Below, in pieces: positions 21,961 through 30,875 of a stretch of DNA of 64,000 nt (its first letter is position 1; each line of letters begins with the position of its first letter). Under the pieces are notes generated by a model. It did not search any database. It was not told where the DNA came from and saw only the letters and a list, made by a program, of their open reading frames with translations. Location: the IMG/VR virus record IMGVR_UViG_2562617096_000005; one strand, given 5' to 3'. The DNA comes from a virus (Duplodnaviria > Caudoviricetes). A program made the translations under genes and the position numbers.

Positions 21961-22064
21961 CCATATCACAAGTTTGACAAAAAGGTTATATATCAGGTTG
22001 ATATTCTAAAAGTGTTATGGTACAATAATTAAACAGAACATATATTCGATTAAAGGAGATAACC

Positions 22065-22319
22065 ATGTTTAAATTGATAACTTTATTAAAAGAACACAAA
22101 ATGTCTTGCGTAAATGTAGAATTTATTGGAAATTGGATAAAATATTGTAAAGATAGTTGCTTGATTGATGTATTTGACAATGAAACTAATATTGCACTAG
22201 TAATTTCAGGAGCAGGCGTGATATTGGATAAAGAGAAAATCGAGGATGTTACTTATGAGAACGACTGTATAAACATAGTATCAAATACAAATGAAAAAAT
22301 AATTTTAAAAAAGTGTTGA
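22065..22319 (+). CDS. Hypothetical protein
   Basis: AAGGAG RBS, 84 aa. Confidence 0.6.
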   Translation: MFKLITLLKEHKMSCVNVEFIGNWIKYCKDSCLIDVFDNETNIALVISGAGVILDKEKIEDVTYENDCINIVSNTNEKIILKKC

Positions 22320-22344
22320 CATTTCGGCGAGAGTGTGATAAATT
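22316..22344 (+). promoter_or_regulatory. SigA-type promoter upstream of ligA
   Basis: TTGACA-N17-TAAATT with extended TG. Confidence 0.5.
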
Positions 22345-22373
22345 ATACCCATAGCAACGGAGGACATTAGAAA

Positions 22374-24308
22374 ATGAATGAAATGAGAGCTATCATAGAA
22401 CAATTAAAAGCAGCTAACGTTGCTTACTATCAGGAAAGTAGAGAAATCATGTCTAACTATGATTATGACAAACTCTACGATAAGCTGGTAGATATGGAGA
22501 AAGAAACAGGAGTTATTTATTCCGATTCTCCAACACAATCTGTAGCAAACGATTTTTTAGACTTCTTGCCAAAAGAAAAGCATGAAAAGAAGATGCTTTC
22601 TTTAGACAAAACAAAAAGTGTTGAAACTTTAAAAAGCTGGATAAGCGATAAAGATGGAATTTTGTCATGGAAATTAGATGGACTAACTGTTGTTCTTACT
22701 TACGACAATGGCGAGCTGCAAAAAGCCGTGACAAGAGGAAACGGTACAACAGGTGAAATTATCACTCAAAATGTATCAAGATGTAAAGGAGTACCATTGA
22801 AAATTCCATATAAAGAGAAACTAATTCTTAGAGGTGAAGCAGTTATTTCATATACTGATTTTGACAGAATTAATTCTCAGATAGAAGATGTTGGAGCAAG
22901 ATATAAAAACCCAAGAAATCTTGCTTCAGGAAGTATTCGCTTACTTGATGCATCCGAAAGTCAAAAAAGAAATGTCCAAGTCATTATATTTAGACTAATC
23001 TCTGGTAGTAAATTTAAGACAATGGACAAACAATTTAATTGGCTTTCTGAAATAGGATTTAATGTTGTAGAACATTATCCTGTAAATAAAGACAATATAG
23101 AAGAATGTGTAAAATTTTTTAAAAGAAAAATCGAAAATAATGACATTCCGACAGACGGTCTTGTAGTTTCATATAACAATACTGATTATGGCAATTCTCT
23201 TGGCAATACTTCGAAATTTGAAAGACATTCGTTTGCTTTCAAATGGAAAGATGAAGTTGCGGAAACTACTTTAAAAAAGATTGAATGGAGTCCTTCACGA
23301 ACAGGCTTACTTAATCCGGTAGCAATTTTTGAGCCGGTAGAGCTGGAAGGGACTACGGTAAGTCGTGCCAGTGTGCATAATATCAGTATTATTAAAGAAT
23401 TGAAACTCGGCATAGGAGATACAATCAAAGTTATCAAGTCTAATATGATAATCCCCCAAATTGTTGAAAACAGCACAAAGAGCAACAATTTAGATATCCC
23501 AAAACAATGTCCTATATGTGGAGGAGACACTAATATAATTTGCTCTAATGATACAGAGGTTCTAATGTGCATGAATACACACTGTCCAGAAAAGCTTATT
23601 GGAAAATTTGTACATTTTTGTGAAAGAGACGCAATGAATATTGAGGGAATGTCAGAGGCTACTGTTGATTTTCTCGTGAAAAAAGGATGGTTAAAGACAT
23701 TTAAAGATTTTTACAATTTATCTCAGTATAAGGCAACTTGGATGTCAATACCGGGATTTGGTAAAAAATCTGTTGAAAAATTATTCCTGTCAATAGAGAA
23801 AAGTAAACAAGTAAGTCCTGAAAGATTGTTGTATGCATTAGGAATACCTAAAATTGGAAGAAGTCAATCAAGAGAGATATTTAATCATTTTGATACATGG
23901 GATGATTTGATAAAATCCATGAAAGAGAAATTTGATTTTAGTAAATTAGACGGTTTTGGAGATGTATTAAATAAATCTATATACGATTGGTTTAAAGAAG
24001 ATTATAAATCAGAAGAAATTGAGCAACTTGTTAAAATTCTTGTGTTTGAAGAAAAAATAAAAACGGAGGAACTCCTTTCATTAACCAACAAAACATTTGT
24101 GATTACAGGAAGTTTGAATAAGTTCTCAAATAGAAATGATTTAAAATCTACAATTGAAACTCACGGAGGCAAAGTAACAGGGAGTGTGACTTCAAAGACA
24201 CATTATCTGATTAACAATGATACAACGTCAAATTCTTCTAAAAATAAAAAAGCAAAAGAGCTTGGTATTCCAATTATAAGCGAAGAAGAATTTCTAACAC
24301 TTTTGTAA
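22374..24308 (+). CDS. ligA: NAD-dependent DNA ligase
   Basis: KLDGL adenylation motif, TRGNG, NPRN, Zn finger, HhH and BRCT domains. Confidence 0.97.
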   Translation: MNEMRAIIEQLKAANVAYYQESREIMSNYDYDKLYDKLVDMEKETGVIYSDSPTQSVANDFLDFLPKEKHEKKMLSLDKTKSVETLKSWISDKDGILSWKLDGLTVVLTYDNGELQKAVTRGNGTTGEIITQNVSRCKGVPLKIPYKEKLILRGEAVISYTDFDRINSQIEDVGARYKNPRNLASGSIRLLDASESQKRNVQVIIFRLISGSKFKTMDKQFNWLSEIGFNVVEHYPVNKDNIEECVKFFKRKIENNDIPTDGLVVSYNNTDYGNSLGNTSKFERHSFAFKWKDEVAETTLKKIEWSPSRTGLLNPVAIFEPVELEGTTVSRASVHNISIIKELKLGIGDTIKVIKSNMIIPQIVENSTKSNNLDIPKQCPICGGDTNIICSNDTEVLMCMNTHCPEKLIGKFVHFCERDAMNIEGMSEATVDFLVKKGWLKTFKDFYNLSQYKATWMSIPGFGKKSVEKLFLSIEKSKQVSPERLLYALGIPKIGRSQSREIFNHFDTWDDLIKSMKEKFDFSKLDGFGDVLNKSIYDWFKEDYKSEEIEQLVKILVFEEKIKTEELLSLTNKTFVITGSLNKFSNRNDLKSTIETHGGKVTGSVTSKTHYLINNDTTSNSSKNKKAKELGIPIISEEEFLTLL

Positions 24309-24341
24309 AATAAAACCATCGTAGCATAAGCTGCGATGTAA

Positions 24342-24415
24342 GGGGCTTTAGTTCAGTTGGTTAGAACGCTCGGCTCATAACCGAGAAGTCATAGGTTCGA
24401 GTCCTATAAGCCCCA
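24342..24415 (+). tRNA. tRNA with CAT anticodon, most like tRNA-Ile2 (lysidine)
   Basis: Full cloverleaf GGGGCTT/AAGCCCC, CTCGG-CTCATAA-CCGAG, TTCGAGT T-loop; no encoded CCA. Confidence 0.9.
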
Positions 24416-24559
24416 TTAGGCTGATAGATTAAATCAATTGCCATAAAAACAGAGTAGATATAGTTTTTACTGTAATGCGTACCTGTACAAGTAACAGTTT
24501 TTACTAAGGTTTTATCCCTTACTCATGAGAGGTAATGAGCCTTTGAGTCTACTAATTTT

Positions 24560-24707
24560 GATAAGCATACTCAACAGAAATCTTTGGAACGTGCACGAAC
24601 TAAGGAAAGTATGATATGGAACGAGTAAAATATGATGCGATGAATGTGGAATGTGCACATGAAACAGACTTTACATTATAGAGATGGTTCAAATCCATTG
24701 CTTATCT
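24560..24707 (+). ncRNA. tRNA-like RNA: acceptor stem and T-arm enclosing about 115 nt of non-tRNA sequence
   Basis: GATAAGC/GCTTATC stem next to a GATGG-TTCAAAT-CCATT T-arm; 18 nt identical to 25455-25472. Confidence 0.55.
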
Positions 24708-24754
24708 CTCTACTATTTGCTTTATGATTTTTTTCAAATAGTAGACTCCTTTCT

Positions 24755-24826
24755 TGGGGTATCGCCAAGCGGTAAGGCACAGGACTTTGACTCCTGTATT
24801 CGCTGGTTCGAATCCAGCTATCCCAG
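24755..24826 (+). tRNA. tRNA-Gln(TTG)
   Basis: Canonical cloverleaf, CAGGA-CTTTGAC-TCCTG. Confidence 0.95.
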
Positions 24827-24904
24827 TTTTATCTTTACTCTGTATTTTTAAACACCCCTAACACACCCCCAAAAATGCAATACTCTACAGGGTAAAGGTA
24901 AAAA
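24827..24904 (+). ncRNA. Long hairpin with C-rich loop (candidate sRNA)
   Basis: TTTTATCTTTACTCTGTA pairs with TACAGGGTAAAGGTAAAA; loop contains CACCCC and CACACCCCC. Confidence 0.45.
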
Positions 24905-24909
24905 TAAAT

Positions 24910-25019
24910 GCAATGATAGTTCAGTTGGGAGAACGGCTGGCAAAAACAATGTTGTTAAAAATACATTGTAGACAGCAAAACAAACCAGCAGGTCGCAAGT
25001 TCGACTCTTGCTCATTGCA
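24910..25019 (+). ncRNA. tRNA-like RNA 1: anticodon loop replaced by a 44-nt hairpin+ACAGCAA module
   Basis: Acceptor GCAATGA/TCATTGC, D-arm GTTC/GAAC, stem GCTGG/CCAGC, T-arm GCAAG-TTCGACT-CTTGC; insert 24941-24984. Confidence 0.85.
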
Positions 25020-25090
25020 AGCTCCTTTGTTGGAGAGGTTATCTTTTTTATTTACTTTTAAATGAGTTGCAGGAATAACTGCAATTCTGA

Positions 25091-25164
25091 TGCGGAGTAG
25101 AGCAGTCTGGAAGCTCGTTAGCCTCATCAGCTAAAGATCAGTGGTTCAAATCCACTCTCCGCAA
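25091..25164 (+). tRNA. Atypical initiator-like tRNA-Met(CAT)
   Basis: fMet-type D-arm (A11:T24) and TTCAAAT T-loop, but anticodon stem TTAGC/GCTAA and C37. Confidence 0.85.
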
Positions 25165-25392
25165 TTCCTTGAGCTATAACTTTAAAATTTTGAAATATAT
25201 TTTCAAACATATAAATCACTTCCAAATAAATTTACTCAAGGACATGCCCCAATCGTAAAAGGAAACAATATTTCTAATTCGTAGCACTCTAAGTAGAGGT
25301 AAAGAGAATAGGGTAAAACTGCATTGTGAAATGCAGAAGTTCATAAGAGAACTGCAATAAAGTAACGATTTATTGTGAATGAAAAATTCAAA

Positions 25393-25491
25393 TCAGTTAC
25401 ATACAGCAAAATATAAAACAAATGGTTAAAGAAAGTATTATGACAAAATATTTCGAGATGGTTCAAATCCATCACAATTAAATGTAGCTGA
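25393..25491 (+). ncRNA. tRNA-like RNA 2: helix+ACAGCAA module replaces the acceptor stem (Y-RNA-like topology)
   Basis: TCAGTTACAT/ATGTAGCTGA closing helix, ACAGCAA 25403-25409, D-loop remnant, anticodon arm with ATGACAA loop (GAC), T-arm GATGG-TTCAAAT-CCATC. Confidence 0.75.
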
Positions 25492-25503
25492 GAAAATTTA
25501 ATA

Positions 25504-25632
25504 TGCAGGACATAGCTCAATTGGCTAGAGCACGTAAACTTTGTAGTATTGTTATAAATATGTTACATACAGCAATTATTTCTAATGCGCTTTTAACGCC
25601 GTGGTTATCGGTTCGAGTCCGGTTGTCCTGCA
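25504..25632 (+). ncRNA. tRNA-like RNA 3: tRNA-Lys(TTT) body with a 52-nt insert in the anticodon-stem 5' strand
   Basis: CG[25535-25586]GCG-CTTTTAA-CGCCG; insert holds a TGTAG...GTTACA hairpin and TACAGCAA. Confidence 0.85.
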
Positions 25633-25637
25633 AAATA

Positions 25638-25765
25638 TGCGGAGAATAGCTCAGATGGATAGAGCACTGTTAAAATTGTAGCGATGTAAAATATTCGTTA
25701 CATGCAGCAACATACATATTGCTTAGGGAGCCAGATGTCGCAGGTTCGAGTCTTGCTTCTCCGCA
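25638..25765 (+). ncRNA. tRNA-like RNA 4: tRNA-Pro(AGG) body with a 51-nt insert in the anticodon-stem 5' strand
   Basis: CTG[25670-25720]GC-TTAGGGA-GCCAG; insert holds a TGTAGCGA/TCGTTACA hairpin and TGCAGCAA. Confidence 0.85.
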
Positions 25766-25768
25766 CAA

Positions 25769-25842
25769 CAGAATATGAGAGTAATGGGTAACTCGGTTAG
25801 TGTTGGAAGCTTTCGTTCTAGGTTCGAGTCCTAGTGTTCTGA
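25769..25842 (+). tRNA. Degenerate tRNA (possible Pro TGG pseudo-tRNA)
   Basis: Acceptor CAGAATA/TGTTCTG and perfect T-arm CTAGG-TTCGAGT-CCTAG; anticodon stem only 3 bp. Confidence 0.55.
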
Positions 25843-25882
25843 TAGGTGTAAAATCTAAAATACAAAGAAAGGGAAATTAAAA

Positions 25883-27502
25883 ATGCAAAACAATTTTATA
25901 AAAGATTTTGTAGCAGATGGCGAATTATATTTGAAACCAAAAGGATTAAATTTTGCAGAAGCTGTAAAAGAAACACTAAATGAATTGCCATATAATGTGT
26001 CCATAAGTGAAAACGGTGCAATTGGATATAAGTCTTCAGGTCATGTTTTGGTAGATATTAACTATATGACAAGTTCGCTACGAAAGAAAACAGACAAAGA
26101 ATTAATCAACTTGTTCCAAGCTGCTTATTATGAAAACCCAATGTATGCATGGAAATGGCTATTCTTCTTACGTGATATTAGAGGTGGGATGGGTGAAAGA
26201 GATACTTTTCACAGAATTATCAAGTATATGGCTGACTTTAGACCACATGAGATGACACTATTTATTCCATATATAGCAGAATATGGACGATATGATGATA
26301 CATGGGTATTGCTTGATACACAACTTAACAGTATAGTAATTAAAATGATAAACGCACAGCTTCAAGAAGATATTAAAAATTATACTGAAGATAAACCAAT
26401 ATCATTGCTTGCGAAGTGGCTACCAAAACGTAATGCAGAAAGTCATATATCAAGACATTATGCAAGACTTATTATTGAAGGGTTAGAACTCGATGATAAG
26501 ACATACAATCGTATGTTGGTGAAATTGCGTAAGAAACTCAATTTGGTAGAAACTTTTATGTGTGCAAATCAATGGTCAGCAATTGACTACAATTCAGTAC
26601 CTTCTAAAGCAAATCTATTATATCGAAACGCTTTTCTTAAACACGATCCAGAAAGAAGACAACAGTATCTTGAAGATTTGGCTAACGGAAAAGAAGGAGT
26701 AAAAATCAATGCTTCTACTAACTTTCCTCACGATATTGTGCATCAGTATGTTACTGTAGATGGATATGGTTGGAGTTATAAATTAAAAAAATATGATGAG
26801 ACATTAGAACAACTTTGGAAAAATCAAAAAGATACTATTCAGTCAGCAGAAAATATTATGGTTATTCAAGATGGTTCTGGAAGTATGTATCAACCAATAG
26901 ATAGAAATTCTTCAGTGCAAGCAGAAGAAGTTGCAACAGCACTTTCTATTTACTTTGCTGAGAGATGTTCTGGTCAATTCAATAATAAGTTTATGACATT
27001 TGGAAATAGACCAAGGTTTGTTGATATTAGCAACTGTCAAAATCTTAAAGAAAAAATTCAGATTACTTTAAAAAATACAGATTGCAGTAATACGAATATT
27101 GAAAGAGTATTCCAGTTATTATTAGACACGGCTGTAAAAAACAACATGAAACAATCTGATTTGCCAAACACGCTATTGATGATTTCGGATATGGAATTTG
27201 ACTGTATGACTTCAGGAAGAACAGATAAAGCAATGTTTGATGAATTTGCTAAAGAATATGAACGATACGGATATAAATTACCAAGACTGGTGTTTTGGAA
27301 TATTTGTTCAAGAACAGGAACAATCCCTGTTAGAGAAAATGCGAATGGAGTAGCACTTGTATCAGGATATTCTGTAAACATAATGAATATGGTATTAAGT
27401 AATGAATTAGACCCGTACAAATGCCTATTAAAACAGCTTAATACAGAAAGGTATCAGATTATTGAAGATAGATTTAAAGAACTGGAGGGAAAAAGCAAAT
27501 GA
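25883..27502 (+). CDS. DUF2828-family protein (Ro60/TROVE-like helical domain plus vWA)
   Basis: LRDIRGGMGER, YGRYDD, SLLAKWLP, IDYNSVPS...AFLKHD, MIDAS DGSGS, ISDMEFD, VFWN. Confidence 0.8.
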   Translation: MQNNFIKDFVADGELYLKPKGLNFAEAVKETLNELPYNVSISENGAIGYKSSGHVLVDINYMTSSLRKKTDKELINLFQAAYYENPMYAWKWLFFLRDIRGGMGERDTFHRIIKYMADFRPHEMTLFIPYIAEYGRYDDTWVLLDTQLNSIVIKMINAQLQEDIKNYTEDKPISLLAKWLPKRNAESHISRHYARLIIEGLELDDKTYNRMLVKLRKKLNLVETFMCANQWSAIDYNSVPSKANLLYRNAFLKHDPERRQQYLEDLANGKEGVKINASTNFPHDIVHQYVTVDGYGWSYKLKKYDETLEQLWKNQKDTIQSAENIMVIQDGSGSMYQPIDRNSSVQAEEVATALSIYFAERCSGQFNNKFMTFGNRPRFVDISNCQNLKEKIQITLKNTDCSNTNIERVFQLLLDTAVKNNMKQSDLPNTLLMISDMEFDCMTSGRTDKAMFDEFAKEYERYGYKLPRLVFWNICSRTGTIPVRENANGVALVSGYSVNIMNMVLSNELDPYKCLLKQLNTERYQIIEDRFKELEGKSK

Positions 27503-30117
27503 ATTTGAATGGTTTAAATGACCAGCAAGTAGAAAAAAGCAGACAAAAATATGGTAGCAATAAGCTGCCAGAACCAAAGCAAAAGACGTGGTTTAATTTT
27601 TTTACAGACGGATTAAAGGATAAAATCACAATTATTCTAATCATGATGGCTGGAGTTTTCTTTGCTCTTGCATTTCTAGGAGTAGAAAGTTTTAGTGAGC
27701 CTGTTATTATTTTAGCAGTGTTAGCAATTGTGAGTGGAATTAATGTTAGAACAAATCTATCAATACAGAAATCAAATAATAGTCTAAGAGCAAAAACGGC
27801 GGTTAGATATTGTAATGTAATTAGAAATGGTTCTGTTGTAAAAATCAATAAAGATGATATTGTAGTTGGCGATATTATATGTCTTGAAATGGGACAGGAA
27901 ATCTTTGCAGATGGTTACATTGTTGAAGGTGAAATTGCTGTAAGTAACGCTGCAATTAATGGTGAAACAAAAGAATGTAAAAAACATTACATTTCAGGAT
28001 TTAAATATCCAGAAGAAATAACTACAGACCATTATACAGATGAAACGTGCGTATTTGCCGGAACAACTGTTATGTCTGGTGAAGCAAAAATGTTAGTACA
28101 GACAGTTGGTATTAACACTGTCAATGGAGACACACTGGTAAAAATGCAAACATTAGAGCCTACTAAAACTGCTTTAGATATTGCATTAGATAAGTTAGCT
28201 GATTTTATTTCTAAATGGGGAACAGTGGCAGCCTTTGGAGGATTTTTAATCGCAACAGCAACAGGTATCTTAGAAGTTGGATTTAGAGAATACTTTTCAG
28301 GAGATGTGTTACAGATAATAAGAACAATCGCTGAAAACATTTCAGTAGCCCTGACAATTATTGTAGCTGCTGTACCAGAAGGATTACCAATGATTGTAAA
28401 ATTTGTTACTAAAATGAATGTTAAGACAATGGAAAAGGCAAATATTCTTACAAAAAATCCTTCAAAGATACCAGAATTGGCTTATGTGAATTACGTATGT
28501 ACAGATAAAACAGGAACATTGACAACAGGTGTTATGACACCAAAAGAAATTATTACTGGTGACATGAAATCTCAAAAAATAAATAAAGATAATCTACCAG
28601 AAATTCTTAAAGAAAATATAGCTTTAACAAGCGGAAGCTTATTTGATGAAAAAGGAAAAATTACTGGTGGCAATTCAATAGATAGAGCAATGCTTAGTCT
28701 TCTTAATCAATCTGAATTCAATTCTATTTTGACTCAAAACCCAAAATCTAAAAAACAGCCTTTCAATAGTCAATTTAAGTATTCAGCGTTTTCTACAAGC
28801 TGTGAGTTTGGAGATACTTCCTATTATAAGGGTGCTCCTGAAAAGATTTTATCCAATTGTAAATACAGACTAGAAAATGGGAAAATTGTCGAAATGACAG
28901 ATGAGGATAGAATAAATATCTTGAGTGAAATCTATGACCTTACCACGAAAGCAATGAGATGTATTGCATTTGCATACAATATGGAAGCTTTAGAGGAAAA
29001 TGTAATACCAGAAGATTTAGTATTCACAGCAGTAATTGGAGTACAAGATCCAGTTCGTAAAGAAGTTCCTGATGCTGTTAAGACAGCAAAAGAGGCTGGA
29101 ATTACAGTAGTAGAAATTACAGGAGACTGTATTGAAACAGCAGTTGCAGTAGCTCAAGAAGCTGGTATTTATGAAAAAGGTGATATGGCTTTAACTGATG
29201 CAGAGTTTTCTGGAATGACAGATGAAGAAATTAAAGACATTATTCCACGTTTAAGAGTTATTGCTAGATGTTCTCCTACAACAAAATTGAGACTTATTAC
29301 ATTAGCTCAGGAGCTTGGATATTCCACAGCAATGACAGGTGACGGTACAAATGATGCACCAGCATTAACAAAATCTGACGTTGGTTTCGCCATGAATAGT
29401 GGCACTGATGTGGCAAAAGAAGCTGGTGATATTATCCTTGTAGACGATAACTTTGCTTCTATTGTAAAAGGAGTAAAACTTGGAAGAACATTTATGCACA
29501 ATATTCTTATGTTCTTGAATTTCCAGTTGCCAATCAATTATTCACTTCTTGCTATGAACTTCTTATATCCAGTCTTTTTAACAGGCTCTTTCTTAACATC
29601 AGCTCTTATTCTTATTATCAACATTATTATGGACTCTTTGAACTCCTTATCATTTGGTGGTGAACCTCCAAAAGATGAATATATGAAAGAACAACCTTTA
29701 AAGAAAGGTGAAGGATTATTTGTAAATGGAAGTAAAAAACATATTGCTATTAACGCATGTATCTTCTCTTTAGCGTTTGGTTTAATGATTTTTAGTCCAA
29801 TTAAGCATTTATTTGCAACTGAAGCCGCTGGATTATCAGCGAGATTTGCTTTACTTTGCTTTATGGCGGTATTAAATGGCTTTACTCTTAGAACAGATAG
29901 TAGAAACCTGTTTAAAGGATTAAGCAAGAATAAATTATTCTATCGAATTGCTATTGGGATTTTCGTAGGAACTATTGCTCTTGTACAGTTTGGGGGAAGC
30001 GTATTACATACAGCTTCATTGAACTTAACTCAGTGGTTAGCAGTAACAGCATTATCCACAATCGTTCTGTTAGCAGATTTTATTAGAAAAACAATGAAGA
30101 AAAGGAGAAATAAATAA
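27499..30117 (+). CDS. P-type ATPase, Ca2+-transporting PMCA-like (P2)
   Basis: NGET, VAAVPEGLP, DKTGTLT, KGAPE, TGDGTNDAPAL, NIIMD; multiple TM helices; ATGA overlap with the DUF2828 gene. Confidence 0.92.
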   Translation: MNLNGLNDQQVEKSRQKYGSNKLPEPKQKTWFNFFTDGLKDKITIILIMMAGVFFALAFLGVESFSEPVIILAVLAIVSGINVRTNLSIQKSNNSLRAKTAVRYCNVIRNGSVVKINKDDIVVGDIICLEMGQEIFADGYIVEGEIAVSNAAINGETKECKKHYISGFKYPEEITTDHYTDETCVFAGTTVMSGEAKMLVQTVGINTVNGDTLVKMQTLEPTKTALDIALDKLADFISKWGTVAAFGGFLIATATGILEVGFREYFSGDVLQIIRTIAENISVALTIIVAAVPEGLPMIVKFVTKMNVKTMEKANILTKNPSKIPELAYVNYVCTDKTGTLTTGVMTPKEIITGDMKSQKINKDNLPEILKENIALTSGSLFDEKGKITGGNSIDRAMLSLLNQSEFNSILTQNPKSKKQPFNSQFKYSAFSTSCEFGDTSYYKGAPEKILSNCKYRLENGKIVEMTDEDRINILSEIYDLTTKAMRCIAFAYNMEALEENVIPEDLVFTAVIGVQDPVRKEVPDAVKTAKEAGITVVEITGDCIETAVAVAQEAGIYEKGDMALTDAEFSGMTDEEIKDIIPRLRVIARCSPTTKLRLITLAQELGYSTAMTGDGTNDAPALTKSDVGFAMNSGTDVAKEAGDIILVDDNFASIVKGVKLGRTFMHNILMFLNFQLPINYSLLAMNFLYPVFLTGSFLTSALILIINIIMDSLNSLSFGGEPPKDEYMKEQPLKKGEGLFVNGSKKHIAINACIFSLAFGLMIFSPIKHLFATEAAGLSARFALLCFMAVLNGFTLRTDSRNLFKGLSKNKLFYRIAIGIFVGTIALVQFGGSVLHTASLNLTQWLAVTALSTIVLLADFIRKTMKKRRNK

Positions 30118-30863
30118 TGGGATTTTTCAGTTTTTTAAATGGAAATAAAAATGAAACTGAGTCTGGGCACAATAGTGCACCAGCTCAGGAAACTAAAAAA
30201 GTATGTATTGATATGTCAAAAGAGAATTTGAATAAAGTTTTAATTAACATGTCAAAAGATAACAAGATTGATATGACAAAACATACGGCAAGAGTTGCAG
30301 TTGCAATGGATTATAGTGGAAGTATGAGCGATGAATTTAGAGAAGGAAAAGTACAGGATGTAATTACAAGACTTCTTCCTATTGCCTTGAGGTTTGATGA
30401 TAATAAAGAACTGGAATGTTGGCTATTTTCAAATGGAGAAGAAAGACTTGAAGTTATTACTGAAAAGAATTATGAAAACTATGTAGATAAAGTAATGTTG
30501 AAAGCACGTATGGGCATGGGAGGTACGGAATATGCACCTGTATTAACAAGTATGGTTCATCACTATAAAGATATTGAGCCTAGCACAATTCCTGCATTTA
30601 TCATGTTTATTACAGATGGAGATAACTGGGATAAAGAAAAAACAAATGACATTATCAGGGAATTATCCGCATACAACATATTTGTCCAGTTTGTAGGAAT
30701 TGGAAATGATAATTTTAAATATCTGAAATCTTTGGACGACATGAAAGGCAGAGAGAATGATAATACAGGGTTTATCTCTGTAAAAGATATTGCAAAATTA
30801 GATGATGAGCAGCTATATACAGAGCTTTTGAGACAATATAAAGATTGGTTAGCGAATAAATAG
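30117..30863 (+). CDS. vWA domain protein (Ter-associated, TerF-vWA-like)
   Basis: DYSGSM MIDAS, GGTEY, FITDG, FVQFVGIG. Confidence 0.85.
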   Translation: MGFFSFLNGNKNETESGHNSAPAQETKKVCIDMSKENLNKVLINMSKDNKIDMTKHTARVAVAMDYSGSMSDEFREGKVQDVITRLLPIALRFDDNKELECWLFSNGEERLEVITEKNYENYVDKVMLKARMGMGGTEYAPVLTSMVHHYKDIEPSTIPAFIMFITDGDNWDKEKTNDIIRELSAYNIFVQFVGIGNDNFKYLKSLDDMKGRENDNTGFISVKDIAKLDDEQLYTELLRQYKDWLANK

Positions 30864-30875
30864 GAGGAAGAAAAA

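Noticed and set aside
25245-25318. Possible riboswitch
   Set aside because: No complete consensus of a class I recognise, and it is not in a protein-gene leader.
24941-25720. tRNA inserts as group I/II or archaeal BHB introns
   Set aside because: At 44-52 nt they are too short for a ribozyme core, and I see no bulge-helix-bulge at the junctions.
24309-25882. CRISPR array or tmRNA
   Set aside because: Repeats are structural, not identical and regularly spaced; no G3-U70 alanine acceptor or tag ORF is evident.
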